24,114 nucleotides of DNA, taken from a virus. Its lineage: Duplodnaviria; Caudoviricetes. Made by a program: the position numbers and the translations under genes. Every line of letters begins with the position of its first letter. Positions within the stretch are counted from its first letter, which is position 1. This document shows positions 8,580 through 16,947 of this stretch, piece after piece. Under the pieces are notes generated by a model, which worked only from the letters and a program-made list of their open reading frames with translations, was not told where the DNA came from and searched no databases. The stretch lies in the IMG/VR virus record IMGVR_UViG_3300025018_000525, positions 1 to 24,114 of that record. One strand, given 5' to 3'.

Positions 8580-10749
8580 GAAGCCGATCACTTTCGACAT
8601 CTTCGCCCGTGACCGCGCATCGGACACCTTCGGCAAGGTCGGCAAGTCGGCCGGCTCGATGGGCGACAAGTTCGCCAAGGTCGCCAAGCTCGCCGCCGTC
8701 GGCGTCGCTGCGATCGGTACTGCCGCGCTCGGCGTAACGGTCGGCTTGGCGAAGCTGGGCGAGTCGTTCGACACCGAGTTCGACAAGATCCGCACCGGCA
8801 CTGGCGCTACCGGCGGCGCCCTCAAGGGTCTCGAGGGCTCGTTCAAGAACGTGCTCTCGTCGGTGCCCGCGTCCTTCGCTGACGCCGGCACGGCGATCGC
8901 CGACATCAACACGCGCCTTGGCCTGACCGGCAAGCCGCTCGAGGATCTGTCGGGCCAGTTCATCAACCTGTCGCGCATCACGAAGACGGACTTGTCCACG
9001 AACGTCGACAACATCACCCGCGCCTTCGGCGACTGGGGCGTCTCCGCCGCAGACATGGCGCCGGCCATGGACAAGATTTACCGGGCATCACAGTCGTCGG
9101 GCATCGGCATCGACGACCTGTCGAAGTCGGTCGTCCAGTTCGGCGCTCCACTCCGGAACCTCGGGTTCGACATGGACTCGTCGCTTGCGCTGCTCGCTCA
9201 GTTCAATAAGACCGGCGTCAACACCGAGACGGTGTTCGCTGGCCTGAAGGCTGGCGTCGGCAAGCTCGCCAAGGCGGGCGAAGCAGTCCCTGAGACGTTC
9301 AAGCGTGTCACGGACGAGATCACGAAGCTCGGCCCCGGCTCCGAGGCGACGGCCAAGGCGATCGAACTCTTCGGCCAGCGCGCCGGACCCGACCTGGCCG
9401 ACGCCATTGCCGGCGGCAAGTTCGAGCTCGGCGGGATGCTCGATGCGATCACGAACGGCACCGACACGATCAACGGCGCAGCCAAGGACACCGAGTCGTT
9501 CAAGGAGAAGTGGCTGCTGCTGAAGAACCGCGTGTTCGTCGGTCTGCAGCCGGTCGCTACGAAGCTTTTCGATCTGCTCGGCACGGGCATGGACAAGCTG
9601 GGCGAGCTCGCCCAGGACGTGTTTCCGATGATCAAGCAGCTCGCCACGATCCTGTTCAAGGGTGACTTCAAGGGCGGCCCGTTCAGCGAAGACTCGAAGA
9701 TCGTCGACGTCTTCTTCGACATCCGTGAGGCGGCCGCCAGGTTCGGCAAGTACGTCGTCGGGACACTCGTGCCGACATTGGTCCGCTTCGGTCAGACCGT
9801 GTACGAGAAGGTCGTCCTGCCACTCGTCGACTTTGGTCGCTGGGTCGTGGCGCACAAGCCGATCCTGATCGGGCTCGCCACCGCCATCGGCGTAGGCCTT
9901 ACGGTCGCTATGCTCACCTACGCCGCAGCCGCCACCGAGGCCGCCTACGCGACGCTGCTGGCTCTGGCCCCGTACGTCGCAATCGGTGCGGCCATCGCCG
10001 CCGTGACCGCCGGTGTCGTCTACGCCTATCAGAACTGGGGATGGTTCCACGACGCAGTGGATGCCGTCGTCCGGTTCTTCAAGGAGAAGCTGCTGCCGGC
10101 CATCGGCTCAGTGGTGTCGTTCATCATCGACACGTTCATCCCGGCCGTTGTCGGCATCTCCAATTCGTTCGCCGATGCCGGCGCCTGGGTCGGTCGCAAG
10201 GTCGGCGAGATCGTCGGGTTCATCACGAGCATCCCTGGCAAGATCGCGCGGACCGTGTCCGGCATGTGGGACGGCATCACCAACGGGATCAAGTCGGCCG
10301 TCTCGTTCGTGGGCGACCGCATCGGCGATCTTCTTGGCGCCGTGGGCCGCCTCCCCGGTCAGATCTCGTCGGCCGCCTCCGGCATGTGGGACGGCTTCAA
10401 GAACGCGTTCAAGAACTCGCTGAACTGGATCATCGACAAGTGGAACGGGCTGTCGTTCACCATCCCTGGCTTCAGTGTCCCTGGGCTCGGCAAGGTCGGC
10501 GGCAGCACCATCAGTGTGCCGAAGATCCCGCGCTTCCATGACGGCGGCATCTTCCAGGGCATCGGCGGCCGACCCGAGGGTCTGGCCCTGCTCAAGTCCG
10601 GTGAGCGCGTCCTGTCGCCACAGCAGACTCAGGACTACGACAGCGGCAAGGGTCGCGGACTGAACGTCGCCGGTGACCTCGTCCTCGGCAGCCGTGACGA
10701 CATTCCTGCCCTCGACTTCTGGGCCCGCACGAAGCTGGCGGGCGTCTGA
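8572..10749 (+). CDS. Tape measure protein
   Basis: Longest ORF (725 aa), Ala/Gly-rich and helical. Has a TP901-like core (TGATG, AIELFG), a hydrophobic stretch, periodic W/F repeats, and a C-terminal IPRFHDGG...GERVL. Confidence 0.93.
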   Translation: MSEKPITFDIFARDRASDTFGKVGKSAGSMGDKFAKVAKLAAVGVAAIGTAALGVTVGLAKLGESFDTEFDKIRTGTGATGGALKGLEGSFKNVLSSVPASFADAGTAIADINTRLGLTGKPLEDLSGQFINLSRITKTDLSTNVDNITRAFGDWGVSAADMAPAMDKIYRASQSSGIGIDDLSKSVVQFGAPLRNLGFDMDSSLALLAQFNKTGVNTETVFAGLKAGVGKLAKAGEAVPETFKRVTDEITKLGPGSEATAKAIELFGQRAGPDLADAIAGGKFELGGMLDAITNGTDTINGAAKDTESFKEKWLLLKNRVFVGLQPVATKLFDLLGTGMDKLGELAQDVFPMIKQLATILFKGDFKGGPFSEDSKIVDVFFDIREAAARFGKYVVGTLVPTLVRFGQTVYEKVVLPLVDFGRWVVAHKPILIGLATAIGVGLTVAMLTYAAAATEAAYATLLALAPYVAIGAAIAAVTAGVVYAYQNWGWFHDAVDAVVRFFKEKLLPAIGSVVSFIIDTFIPAVVGISNSFADAGAWVGRKVGEIVGFITSIPGKIARTVSGMWDGITNGIKSAVSFVGDRIGDLLGAVGRLPGQISSAASGMWDGFKNAFKNSLNWIIDKWNGLSFTIPGFSVPGLGKVGGSTISVPKIPRFHDGGIFQGIGGRPEGLALLKSGERVLSPQQTQDYDSGKGRGLNVAGDLVLGSRDDIPALDFWARTKLAGV

Positions 10750-11600
10750 TGGCCGGCGAGCTCATCTCGGCCGCCGGACAGATCGAATGGAACGGGCTGC
10801 TCTTCGGCGGCCCGACCGCCGACTACCACTTCGGCGGCGACGTCGAGGGCCTGGCCGACATCCCTGATGTCGAGCGTGGCGACCAGCCGAGGGCGCGGGC
10901 GCACGGGCTCGTCCGTGGCCCGATCGTCTCGCGTGAGCGGTACATCACCGTGCAATTGCGGTTCATCGGCGTCGCCTACCTGGCCGAGAAGATCGCCGCG
11001 CTGAACGCTGCCACGACACTGGCCAACTCCGAATCGCCACTCGTGTGGGACTTCGGCGATGGGGCGCGTCGGTCGAACGTCCGCATCATTCGCCGGTCGA
11101 TCCCGACGGTGCCGATGGACATGATCCAGGGTGTCGCCGACGCCACGCTGCAGTTCGTCGCCACGGACCCGCGCATCTATGGCAACACCGAGCAATCAGG
11201 GTCGACGTCGCCCGGGTCCGTCACTGGTGGCCTCAGCTTCCCGCACGGCTTCCCGCACGGCTTCGGCACCGCCACGGCAGGCACCATTCAAGTCGACAAC
11301 AACGGCACCATCCCGGCACCGTGGACGGCTACCCTGACCGGCCCCCTCGTGTCACCGCGAGTCACGACGCTGGACGGCGAGGGCAACCTCCACTTCAACG
11401 GATTCACGCTGGCTGACGGTGAGACGCTGGAGATCGGCAGCCTCAACCGCACGGTGCTTCTGGGCGGCACAGCGTCCCGCTACAACGCACTGACGACCCG
11501 CACGTGGTTCGACCTTCCCGTCGGCCCGTCCTCGGTCCAACTGTCCGCAGCTTCCGGCACCGGCTCGCTAGAGCTTCGCTGGCGCGACACCTACCTCTAG
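10749..11600 (+). CDS. Distal tail (Dit-like) protein
   Basis: Immediately after the tape measure gene (TGATG overlap). Motifs QFVATDPRIYG, FPHGFPHGF, NNGTIPAP and WFDLPVG. Confidence 0.82.
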   Translation: MAGELISAAGQIEWNGLLFGGPTADYHFGGDVEGLADIPDVERGDQPRARAHGLVRGPIVSRERYITVQLRFIGVAYLAEKIAALNAATTLANSESPLVWDFGDGARRSNVRIIRRSIPTVPMDMIQGVADATLQFVATDPRIYGNTEQSGSTSPGSVTGGLSFPHGFPHGFGTATAGTIQVDNNGTIPAPWTATLTGPLVSPRVTTLDGEGNLHFNGFTLADGETLEIGSLNRTVLLGGTASRYNALTTRTWFDLPVGPSSVQLSAASGTGSLELRWRDTYL

Positions 11601-11608
11601 GGGATCAC

Positions 11609-12496
11609 ATGGCTTTCCTCGCTCCGCCGGCATGGCTCGAGAACTCGGCAGCGCACAACGCTCAGGATTACCGCGTCGTACTGTCGTCGCTGGCCCGGTC
11701 TGGTGTGGCGACGGCAGGCGCCTTGGCTGTGTCGCAGAAGTCGGGCACGCCGAACATGAGCGTCGACGTTGCCGCCGGTGGCGTGTTCGTGAAGTCGACA
11801 CGCTCGGCAGCGCAGGGCACCTACCACGCCTACAGCGACGCCGTCATCAACGCGACCCTCTCAGCGTCGGACGCCACGAACCCTCGCATCGACCGCATCC
11901 TCGTGCAGATCCGTGACGAGGCGCAGGACGCGGCACTGACCCAGAACGATGCTCGCATTCTCGTGGTCGAAGGCACGCCTGCAGCGTCACCGTCGGCACC
12001 GTCGATCACGGTCGACGACTACCTCGAACTAGCGCAGGTGACCGTCCCAGCGTCGGCCACGTCGATCGTGGACGCCAACATCTCTGACGTGCGGGTGAGG
12101 TCGACCCCGACGAACGATGCAGCGCCCGTCGTGTCGTCGGTCTCTGCTGTCGGCGACGCCAACGCAGCGTCGTATGCCGACTGGCCGTCGAATACAGCCT
12201 CGATCGCCGTTCCGTCATGGGCGACCCGCGCCATCGTGACCGCCGCCATCGGCCACATCATCGTGACCGCAAGCATGGATGGCGATGTCCGCGTCGTGCT
12301 CGGGGCGAGCAACGGCGGGGACTGGCCGCTCGGTGGCGCCAACGGATACGAGGGCACGTCGACGATCGTCGAAGAGTTCGACTGCACATCAGTCGCAGGT
12401 ACGACGGTCACCGCCAAGACCCAGGCCAAGAGGGTCAGCGGCACGGGAGCGGCGCGCCATCAGCGCCGCACCATCCGCGTCGACTTCTACGCCTGA
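11609..12496 (+). CDS. Minor tail protein
   Basis: TPNMSVDVAAG, NPRIDRI, GTPAASPSAP and LAQVTVPA..I...NISDVR motifs, as seen in actinophage minor tail proteins. ATG 11609. Confidence 0.8.
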   Translation: MAFLAPPAWLENSAAHNAQDYRVVLSSLARSGVATAGALAVSQKSGTPNMSVDVAAGGVFVKSTRSAAQGTYHAYSDAVINATLSASDATNPRIDRILVQIRDEAQDAALTQNDARILVVEGTPAASPSAPSITVDDYLELAQVTVPASATSIVDANISDVRVRSTPTNDAAPVVSSVSAVGDANAASYADWPSNTASIAVPSWATRAIVTAAIGHIIVTASMDGDVRVVLGASNGGDWPLGGANGYEGTSTIVEEFDCTSVAGTTVTAKTQAKRVSGTGAARHQRRTIRVDFYA

Positions 12497-12499
12497 CTA

Positions 12500-13720
12500 G
12501 TGGCCGCCTGGCGCTTCTACTCAGTCGCACTTGCCGGACCAACCGCCGGGGAGGTGCGCGACGAGATCCCGCTCGGCGAGGTCACCGTCACGGACCGCCT
12601 CAAGGGCGTGGGCTCCTTGGCCGCCACCATCCCGCTACGCCACGCCAAGGCCAACCGCACGAACCTGGAGACCGAGAACACGCTCATCGTTGCTGAGCGT
12701 GACGGCGTGCTGCAGTTCGCCGGCCCGCTGCTCGACCTGAACCGAGGGCTCGGCGACGAGGTGGTGGGCCTCGGCTGTGACGGCATGTGGAACCTCGTCC
12801 GCCGCCGGGTGATCCGATCATCGGCTGGGATGACGTACGGCACCACGGCCGCCGGTGAGGTTCGGTTCTCCGCGGTCGATCAGTTCCGTATCGTGGCCGA
12901 TCTCGTGGCGCACATGGAGTCGATATCGGGCGGCAGCCTCGGTATCACCGCCAGCTACACGGCGCTCTCCGGTGTCACCCGTGATCGCACCTACGAAGCC
13001 GACAAGGGCAAGACGATCGGCGAGGCCATCGAACAACTTGCCGACGTCGAGAACGGATTCGACTGGCAGCTCGAACCGGTCGGGACCGTCGACTCGCTGT
13101 CGTTCGTGCTGCGCCTGTCCTATCCGTTCCGTGGTCGCAACACCGGGTATCGGTTCGAGCTCACCGCACCCGACGTTGACCCTGCACTGCCCGACTTCCT
13201 GCTCGACGAGGGCGGCGAACGCGTCCTCGACGAGAACGGGGAATCCATCATCGTCGGCCGGCTCGGCTCAGTGCGCTCGACTGGCTCGGGCAACATCCTG
13301 GCCGTCGGCTCTGCGGAGTCATCTCGCGGGCGACTCTCTCGGGTCACTGCCGTTGGACCGGGTGAGGGCCCCGCCCAGCTCGTGCGCCACGCCGCCGACC
13401 CCAACCTTCTCGGCGTATTGCCGCTCACCGAGGGGTCGGTCGCATACCTCGACGTCACGAACACCAACACGCTCCTGGCCCACGCTCGGCGGTCCCAGTC
13501 GGTCGACGCTCGCGCTTCCCGGCTTCCGGTGCTCCGAGTCGATCCGAACGCCAAGCCCACGTACGGCTCGTACATCACTGGCGACATCGTTCACGTGACC
13601 ATCGACGACGGCTGGGATCAGTTCGATGGTCCCGCCCGCATCGTCGGTCGCACCATCACGGTCGATCGCGTCGGTCGTGAAACCGTCGATCTCGAAGTCG
13701 CTGAGCTGGGGAGGTTCTGA
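12500..13720 (+). CDS. Minor tail/baseplate hub protein (Gp37-like)
   Basis: 406 aa, with DQFRIVADLV, IEQLADVENGFDW, GPGEG and GSYITGDIV motifs. Confidence 0.75.
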   Translation: MAAWRFYSVALAGPTAGEVRDEIPLGEVTVTDRLKGVGSLAATIPLRHAKANRTNLETENTLIVAERDGVLQFAGPLLDLNRGLGDEVVGLGCDGMWNLVRRRVIRSSAGMTYGTTAAGEVRFSAVDQFRIVADLVAHMESISGGSLGITASYTALSGVTRDRTYEADKGKTIGEAIEQLADVENGFDWQLEPVGTVDSLSFVLRLSYPFRGRNTGYRFELTAPDVDPALPDFLLDEGGERVLDENGESIIVGRLGSVRSTGSGNILAVGSAESSRGRLSRVTAVGPGEGPAQLVRHAADPNLLGVLPLTEGSVAYLDVTNTNTLLAHARRSQSVDARASRLPVLRVDPNAKPTYGSYITGDIVHVTIDDGWDQFDGPARIVGRTITVDRVGRETVDLEVAELGRF

Positions 13721-13723
13721 CGC

Positions 13724-14488
13724 ATGGAGATCACGCCGGCCGGTGACGCTGCGCAGTTCGCCAAGGAGATGGCCGACATCAAGCGGCGCCTCGCCGCCCT
13801 AGAGACGTCGCGCAAGTCGCGAACTACCACGGTCACCGACGGCGCCATCCTCATCGTCGACGACGACGGCAACACCATCGGCTCGATCGGTCGTGATCCG
13901 ACAGCACCGGAGCGCACCAGGTTCTCCGTCTTCAACGCCACCACTGGCGAGAACATCGCATCTCTCGGTCAGATCCAACTGACGAACATCAACCCGGTGG
14001 GCACAGAGCTCGACGAGGGGATGATCGTTCAGGACGAGTACGGCGTCGACATCATGCTCATCACCCGTACCCGCGGGATGCTGGCCCCGGCAGTGCAGTT
14101 CCCTTGGCTGACCCCGTCGGCGTACACGGCGGTGACGTCGGCCACGTGGGTCGATGTCTGGGAGACGCAGGTGTCGTGGTCGCCATCGACTGCGGTGCAG
14201 AGCTTCGTCGATGTCGGTTGCGACGCGGCCACGACCGGCGACGTGCGCCTGTCGATCCCCGGGGTCGCCGACACAGCCACGGTGGGGTGTGCTGCCGGCG
14301 CGTTCACGAGCCCTGACTTCAAGTGGGACACGGCGGGGCTCGGTCTCGCCGTCGGCGCCAGCTTCACCGTTCGTGTTCAGGCTCGGCGTACGTCGGGCGT
14401 CGGGAACGTGAACGTGTACCGCCCGAACCCGATGCGCTCGTGGGACACGAAGTCCTACGGCGCCGACACCGACGGCATCTATCCATGA
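13724..14488 (+). CDS. Minor tail protein with short N-terminal coiled coil
   Basis: DIKRRLAALE N-terminus followed by beta-rich sequence. Last gene of the first tail block. RBS GGAGG. Confidence 0.7.
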   Translation: MEITPAGDAAQFAKEMADIKRRLAALETSRKSRTTTVTDGAILIVDDDGNTIGSIGRDPTAPERTRFSVFNATTGENIASLGQIQLTNINPVGTELDEGMIVQDEYGVDIMLITRTRGMLAPAVQFPWLTPSAYTAVTSATWVDVWETQVSWSPSTAVQSFVDVGCDAATTGDVRLSIPGVADTATVGCAAGAFTSPDFKWDTAGLGLAVGASFTVRVQARRTSGVGNVNVYRPNPMRSWDTKSYGADTDGIYP

Positions 14489-14498
14489 TCGGAGTCTC

Positions 14499-15311
14499 GT
14501 GACCGTCACCCGCTACCCCCGAGCCGAGTGGCGCCCGCTCCCCGAGCACGACAAGCAGCCGCACATCGTGCCCACGCAGGCCATCGTGCACAGCATCGTC
14601 GGCAGCGCCAAGTCGGCATGGAACTACTTCAACACCGGCACCAACCTCGAGTCGCATCTGATCCTGCCGAAGCAGGGTGTGCCGTGGCAGTGCATGGACC
14701 TCGACCGCCAGGGCGATGCGAACTACCACGCCAACCGCCGGCCGGACGGCACCGGTGCGCACAGCATGGAGACCGAGGACAACGGTCACCCGGACGACGA
14801 TCCGTGGACCGACTCGCAGCTCGCCGAGATCATCGCTTGGTTCAACTGGGAGTGCGACACGTTCGGCATTCCTCGCCGGGTCTGTCGCACGCCTGACGAT
14901 CCAGGCATCGGGTTCCACTCCCTGTTCGGCGCCCCGTCGGAGTGGACGCCGTCACGTGGCAAGACGTGCCCGGGCCGTATCCGCATCCAGCAGTTCCACG
15001 ACATCATCGTGCCCGCAGTGCTGGCACCTCAGGAGGACGACGACATGGGTCCAGCCGCATTCGTAGTGGTCACGTACTACGCCATTCTCGGCCGCCGGCC
15101 CGAGTCGCTGCAGACGATTGCCAAGTGGGTCGAGATGATCCAGAAGGCCAACGACGGCGGCAACTCGTTCATCTCTGCCGTGGCGAACAGTGACGAGGCG
15201 AAGGCCCGTGAGGCTGCGCTCAGGGAGCATGCCAAGGCTGACGCCCCGCCGGTCGATCGGGTCCGCAGCGACGAAGAGATCCTGGCCGTCGTCAGGAAAG
15301 CACTGGGCTGA
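14499..15311 (+). CDS. Endolysin: N-acetylmuramoyl-L-alanine amidase (Amidase_2-like) plus C-terminal helical domain
   Basis: Zn-amidase motifs IVHS, SH, SMETE, WTDSQL, GFHS and KTCPG. The C-terminus YYAILGRRPE...W...NSDE is DUF4214-like. Confidence 0.88.
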   Translation: MTVTRYPRAEWRPLPEHDKQPHIVPTQAIVHSIVGSAKSAWNYFNTGTNLESHLILPKQGVPWQCMDLDRQGDANYHANRRPDGTGAHSMETEDNGHPDDDPWTDSQLAEIIAWFNWECDTFGIPRRVCRTPDDPGIGFHSLFGAPSEWTPSRGKTCPGRIRIQQFHDIIVPAVLAPQEDDDMGPAAFVVVTYYAILGRRPESLQTIAKWVEMIQKANDGGNSFISAVANSDEAKAREAALREHAKADAPPVDRVRSDEEILAVVRKALG

Positions 15312-15643
15312 TGCGTGTCGTGGTCGTCGAGGACGATCGTGACCAGCGCATGATCCTCGGCGCCCTGTTGACCGGCATCGACGTCGACATGTTCCCGCTG
15401 CCGAGTGCCGTCCCTGATGATGTGCTGGCCGCTGCCGATGTGGTCGTCACCGATTGGCTGATGGCCGGGGAGTGTGGCGCCGACCTGGTGGCCCGAGCCG
15501 CCGACCTGTGCCCTGACGCCCGGGTGTACATCCTGTCCGGCATGGCGGCCGAGATCCTGCGTGACGGCCAGGCCGGTGGGGCGACGGTGCTGTCCAAGCC
15601 GATGCCACCGACGGAGCTGGTGGAGACGATCCGAGGTGGATGA
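15311..15643 (+). CDS. Stand-alone response-regulator receiver (CheY-like) protein
   Basis: 110 aa with all receiver hallmarks: VVVVEDD acidic pocket, DVVVTDWLM phospho-Asp, G-x-D-L, ILSG (Ser/Thr) and LSKP (Lys-Pro). No output domain. Confidence 0.88.
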   Translation: MRVVVVEDDRDQRMILGALLTGIDVDMFPLPSAVPDDVLAAADVVVTDWLMAGECGADLVARAADLCPDARVYILSGMAAEILRDGQAGGATVLSKPMPPTELVETIRGG

Positions 15644-15647
15644 CGCG

Positions 15648-16091
15648 GTGGAGGATCGGATCACTCGGCACATCGACACTCGGTTCTCGGCGTTCGAGCA
15701 GGTGCTCGATACGAAGATCTCGGCGCTGTCGGATGCCATCCATCACGGCGACGCACAGGCCGCTCAGGCGGTCGCCGGACTCAGGGCCCTGCACGAGCAG
15801 AACGCAGCCGCGGTGGACGAGATCCGCCGTCACAGCCACAAGCAGGGCGAGCGGATCGGGACCATTCACGGCGAGGTCAACGACCTGCGCCGCGACGTCG
15901 TCGACCTGGCACACAAGGCCAAGGCGCGCGACATCGTCATCGACCATGAGCGCGAGCAGCGGGTCGAGAATACCGAGTGGCGCAAGGACATCAGGCGCGA
16001 CATGGGCCGCTTCGTCGCCGCCGTCAAGTGGCTCGGGCCGGTCTACACGGCCGGCCTCGTCGCCGCACTCATCAAGCTCTACGGAGGCTGA
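15648..16091 (+). CDS. Coiled-coil protein with C-terminal transmembrane segment (lysis-cassette membrane protein)
   Basis: Heptad-like helical, His-rich body with hydrophobic end WLGPVYTAGLVAALIKLY. Start is GTG 15648 after GAGGTGG (alternative GTG 15636). Confidence 0.75.
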   Translation: MEDRITRHIDTRFSAFEQVLDTKISALSDAIHHGDAQAAQAVAGLRALHEQNAAAVDEIRRHSHKQGERIGTIHGEVNDLRRDVVDLAHKAKARDIVIDHEREQRVENTEWRKDIRRDMGRFVAAVKWLGPVYTAGLVAALIKLYGG

Positions 16092-16102
16092 ACGGCCACC
16101 GT

Positions 16103-16145
16103 GCCCCGCCCCCAGCCCGTGAGGGCATGGTGACGGGGACGGGGC
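16103..16145. terminator. GC-rich stem-loop between convergent genes
   Basis: Outer arms GCCCCGCCCCC / GGGGACGGGGC with an inner CCA-GCCC-GTGA-GGGC-A-TGG hairpin. No U-tract, so the terminator role is inferred. Confidence 0.45.
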
Positions 16146-16679
16146 TCACTCCCCTGACGGGAAGCGATCTAGTGAACGAGCCTGGAGACGCCGGCGCCGG
16201 CGTTTGGCGATCTCCTGCTTCGTTTCGTAGCGGGAGACGTGAGATTGGTCGCTGCAATCCTGGGGGGCTGCGGTGCGCCGCCTCCCGCACGCGTCACATA
16301 TGGACGGCTTACCGTCCGGCGGGGGTTGTTGACGCCTCAGCTGTCGCAGTGGGGTGTCAGTTCTGGCCGAGACATCCGCCGCTTGATGCGCCATGGACCG
16401 CAGACGCTCGATGTGCACGCCCTTCCCCTCTTCCCACTTAGATCGCAGCATTTCGGAGACGTCGGCCGACACGAGTGGAACCTCAAGCGGGATCAGCGCA
16501 GCGAACTTCAAGTCGCGGGGGCTGATCCCATGCCTGAGATGCATGTGTGTCCCGAGATTACGGAACGTCCGGCCGGGGCACCACGGGCACGCCAGTTGGC
16601 TGATGTGTTCCCGCAAGACCGTCACGCTCACGTCATGTGGGTCGCGCGGATCTCGGGCTTCCCCCCCGATCCATGCCAT
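16146..16679 (-). CDS. Ros/MucR-like zinc-finger protein with a second Cys/His cluster
   Basis: CPWCPGRTFRNLGTHMHLRHGISPRDLK matches the C-x2-C..F..L..H...HG-x-S/T-P pattern. Second cluster CDAC..C..H and an Arg-rich tail. RBS AAAGGAAG upstream of the ATG. Confidence 0.72.
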   Translation of the reverse strand: MAWIGGEARDPRDPHDVSVTVLREHISQLACPWCPGRTFRNLGTHMHLRHGISPRDLKFAALIPLEVPLVSADVSEMLRSKWEEGKGVHIERLRSMAHQAADVSARTDTPLRQLRRQQPPPDGKPSICDACGRRRTAAPQDCSDQSHVSRYETKQEIAKRRRRRLQARSLDRFPSGE

Positions 16680-16732
16680 CGCTTTACTTCCTTTCGTCAG
16701 GGGTCCGGGTCACCACAACCGGGACGCCACCA

Positions 16733-16761
16733 ACAGTACACCCACCACTCGGAGGTGTCTA
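16733..16761 (-). promoter_or_regulatory. Leftward SigA-like promoter for the zinc-finger gene
   Basis: Minus strand reads TAGACA (16761-16756), 17 bp spacer, TACTGT (16738-16733). Confidence 0.6.
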
Positions 16762-16764
16762 CCC

Positions 16765-16947
16765 ATGAAGAGGGAACCTGTAGCCATTGCCGCGCTCGTG
16801 CGCTCGGTGCTCCTGATGGCCGTCGCCTTCGGCGCGCATCTGACGCCCGAGCAAATCGCCGCCGTGATGGTCACCGTGGAGATGTTCGCGGCCATCGTCG
16901 TGCGCCAGCGTGTGACGCCTGAGCCGATCATCCTTCCGGGCGACTGA
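16765..16947 (+). CDS. Holin (two TM segments)
   Basis: 60 aa, MKREPVAI...LTPEQIAAV...RQRVTP, the pattern of small actinophage holins. RBS GGAGG 16751-16755. Confidence 0.75.
   Translation: MKREPVAIAALVRSVLLMAVAFGAHLTPEQIAAVMVTVEMFAAIVVRQRVTPEPIILPGD

Noticed and set aside
7821-10050. Long minus-strand ORFs (7821-9074, 9088-10050; likewise 4146-5153 and others)
   Set aside because: Antisense shadows of well-supported + strand genes, as expected in high-GC DNA. They show no recognisable motifs.
11237-11266. 12-bp tandem repeat CTTCCCGCACGG
   Set aside because: Encodes FPHGFPHGF, a variant of the usual aromatic-Pro loop of distal tail proteins.
16685-16705. CTGACGA on the minus strand resembling a hammerhead ribozyme core
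   Set aside because: No stem II followed by GAAA could be built. The sequence is explained by the RBS region.
16239-16922. 227-aa + strand ORF across the zinc-finger region
   Set aside because: No motif or RBS. It overlaps both the better-supported minus-strand gene and the holin in another frame.
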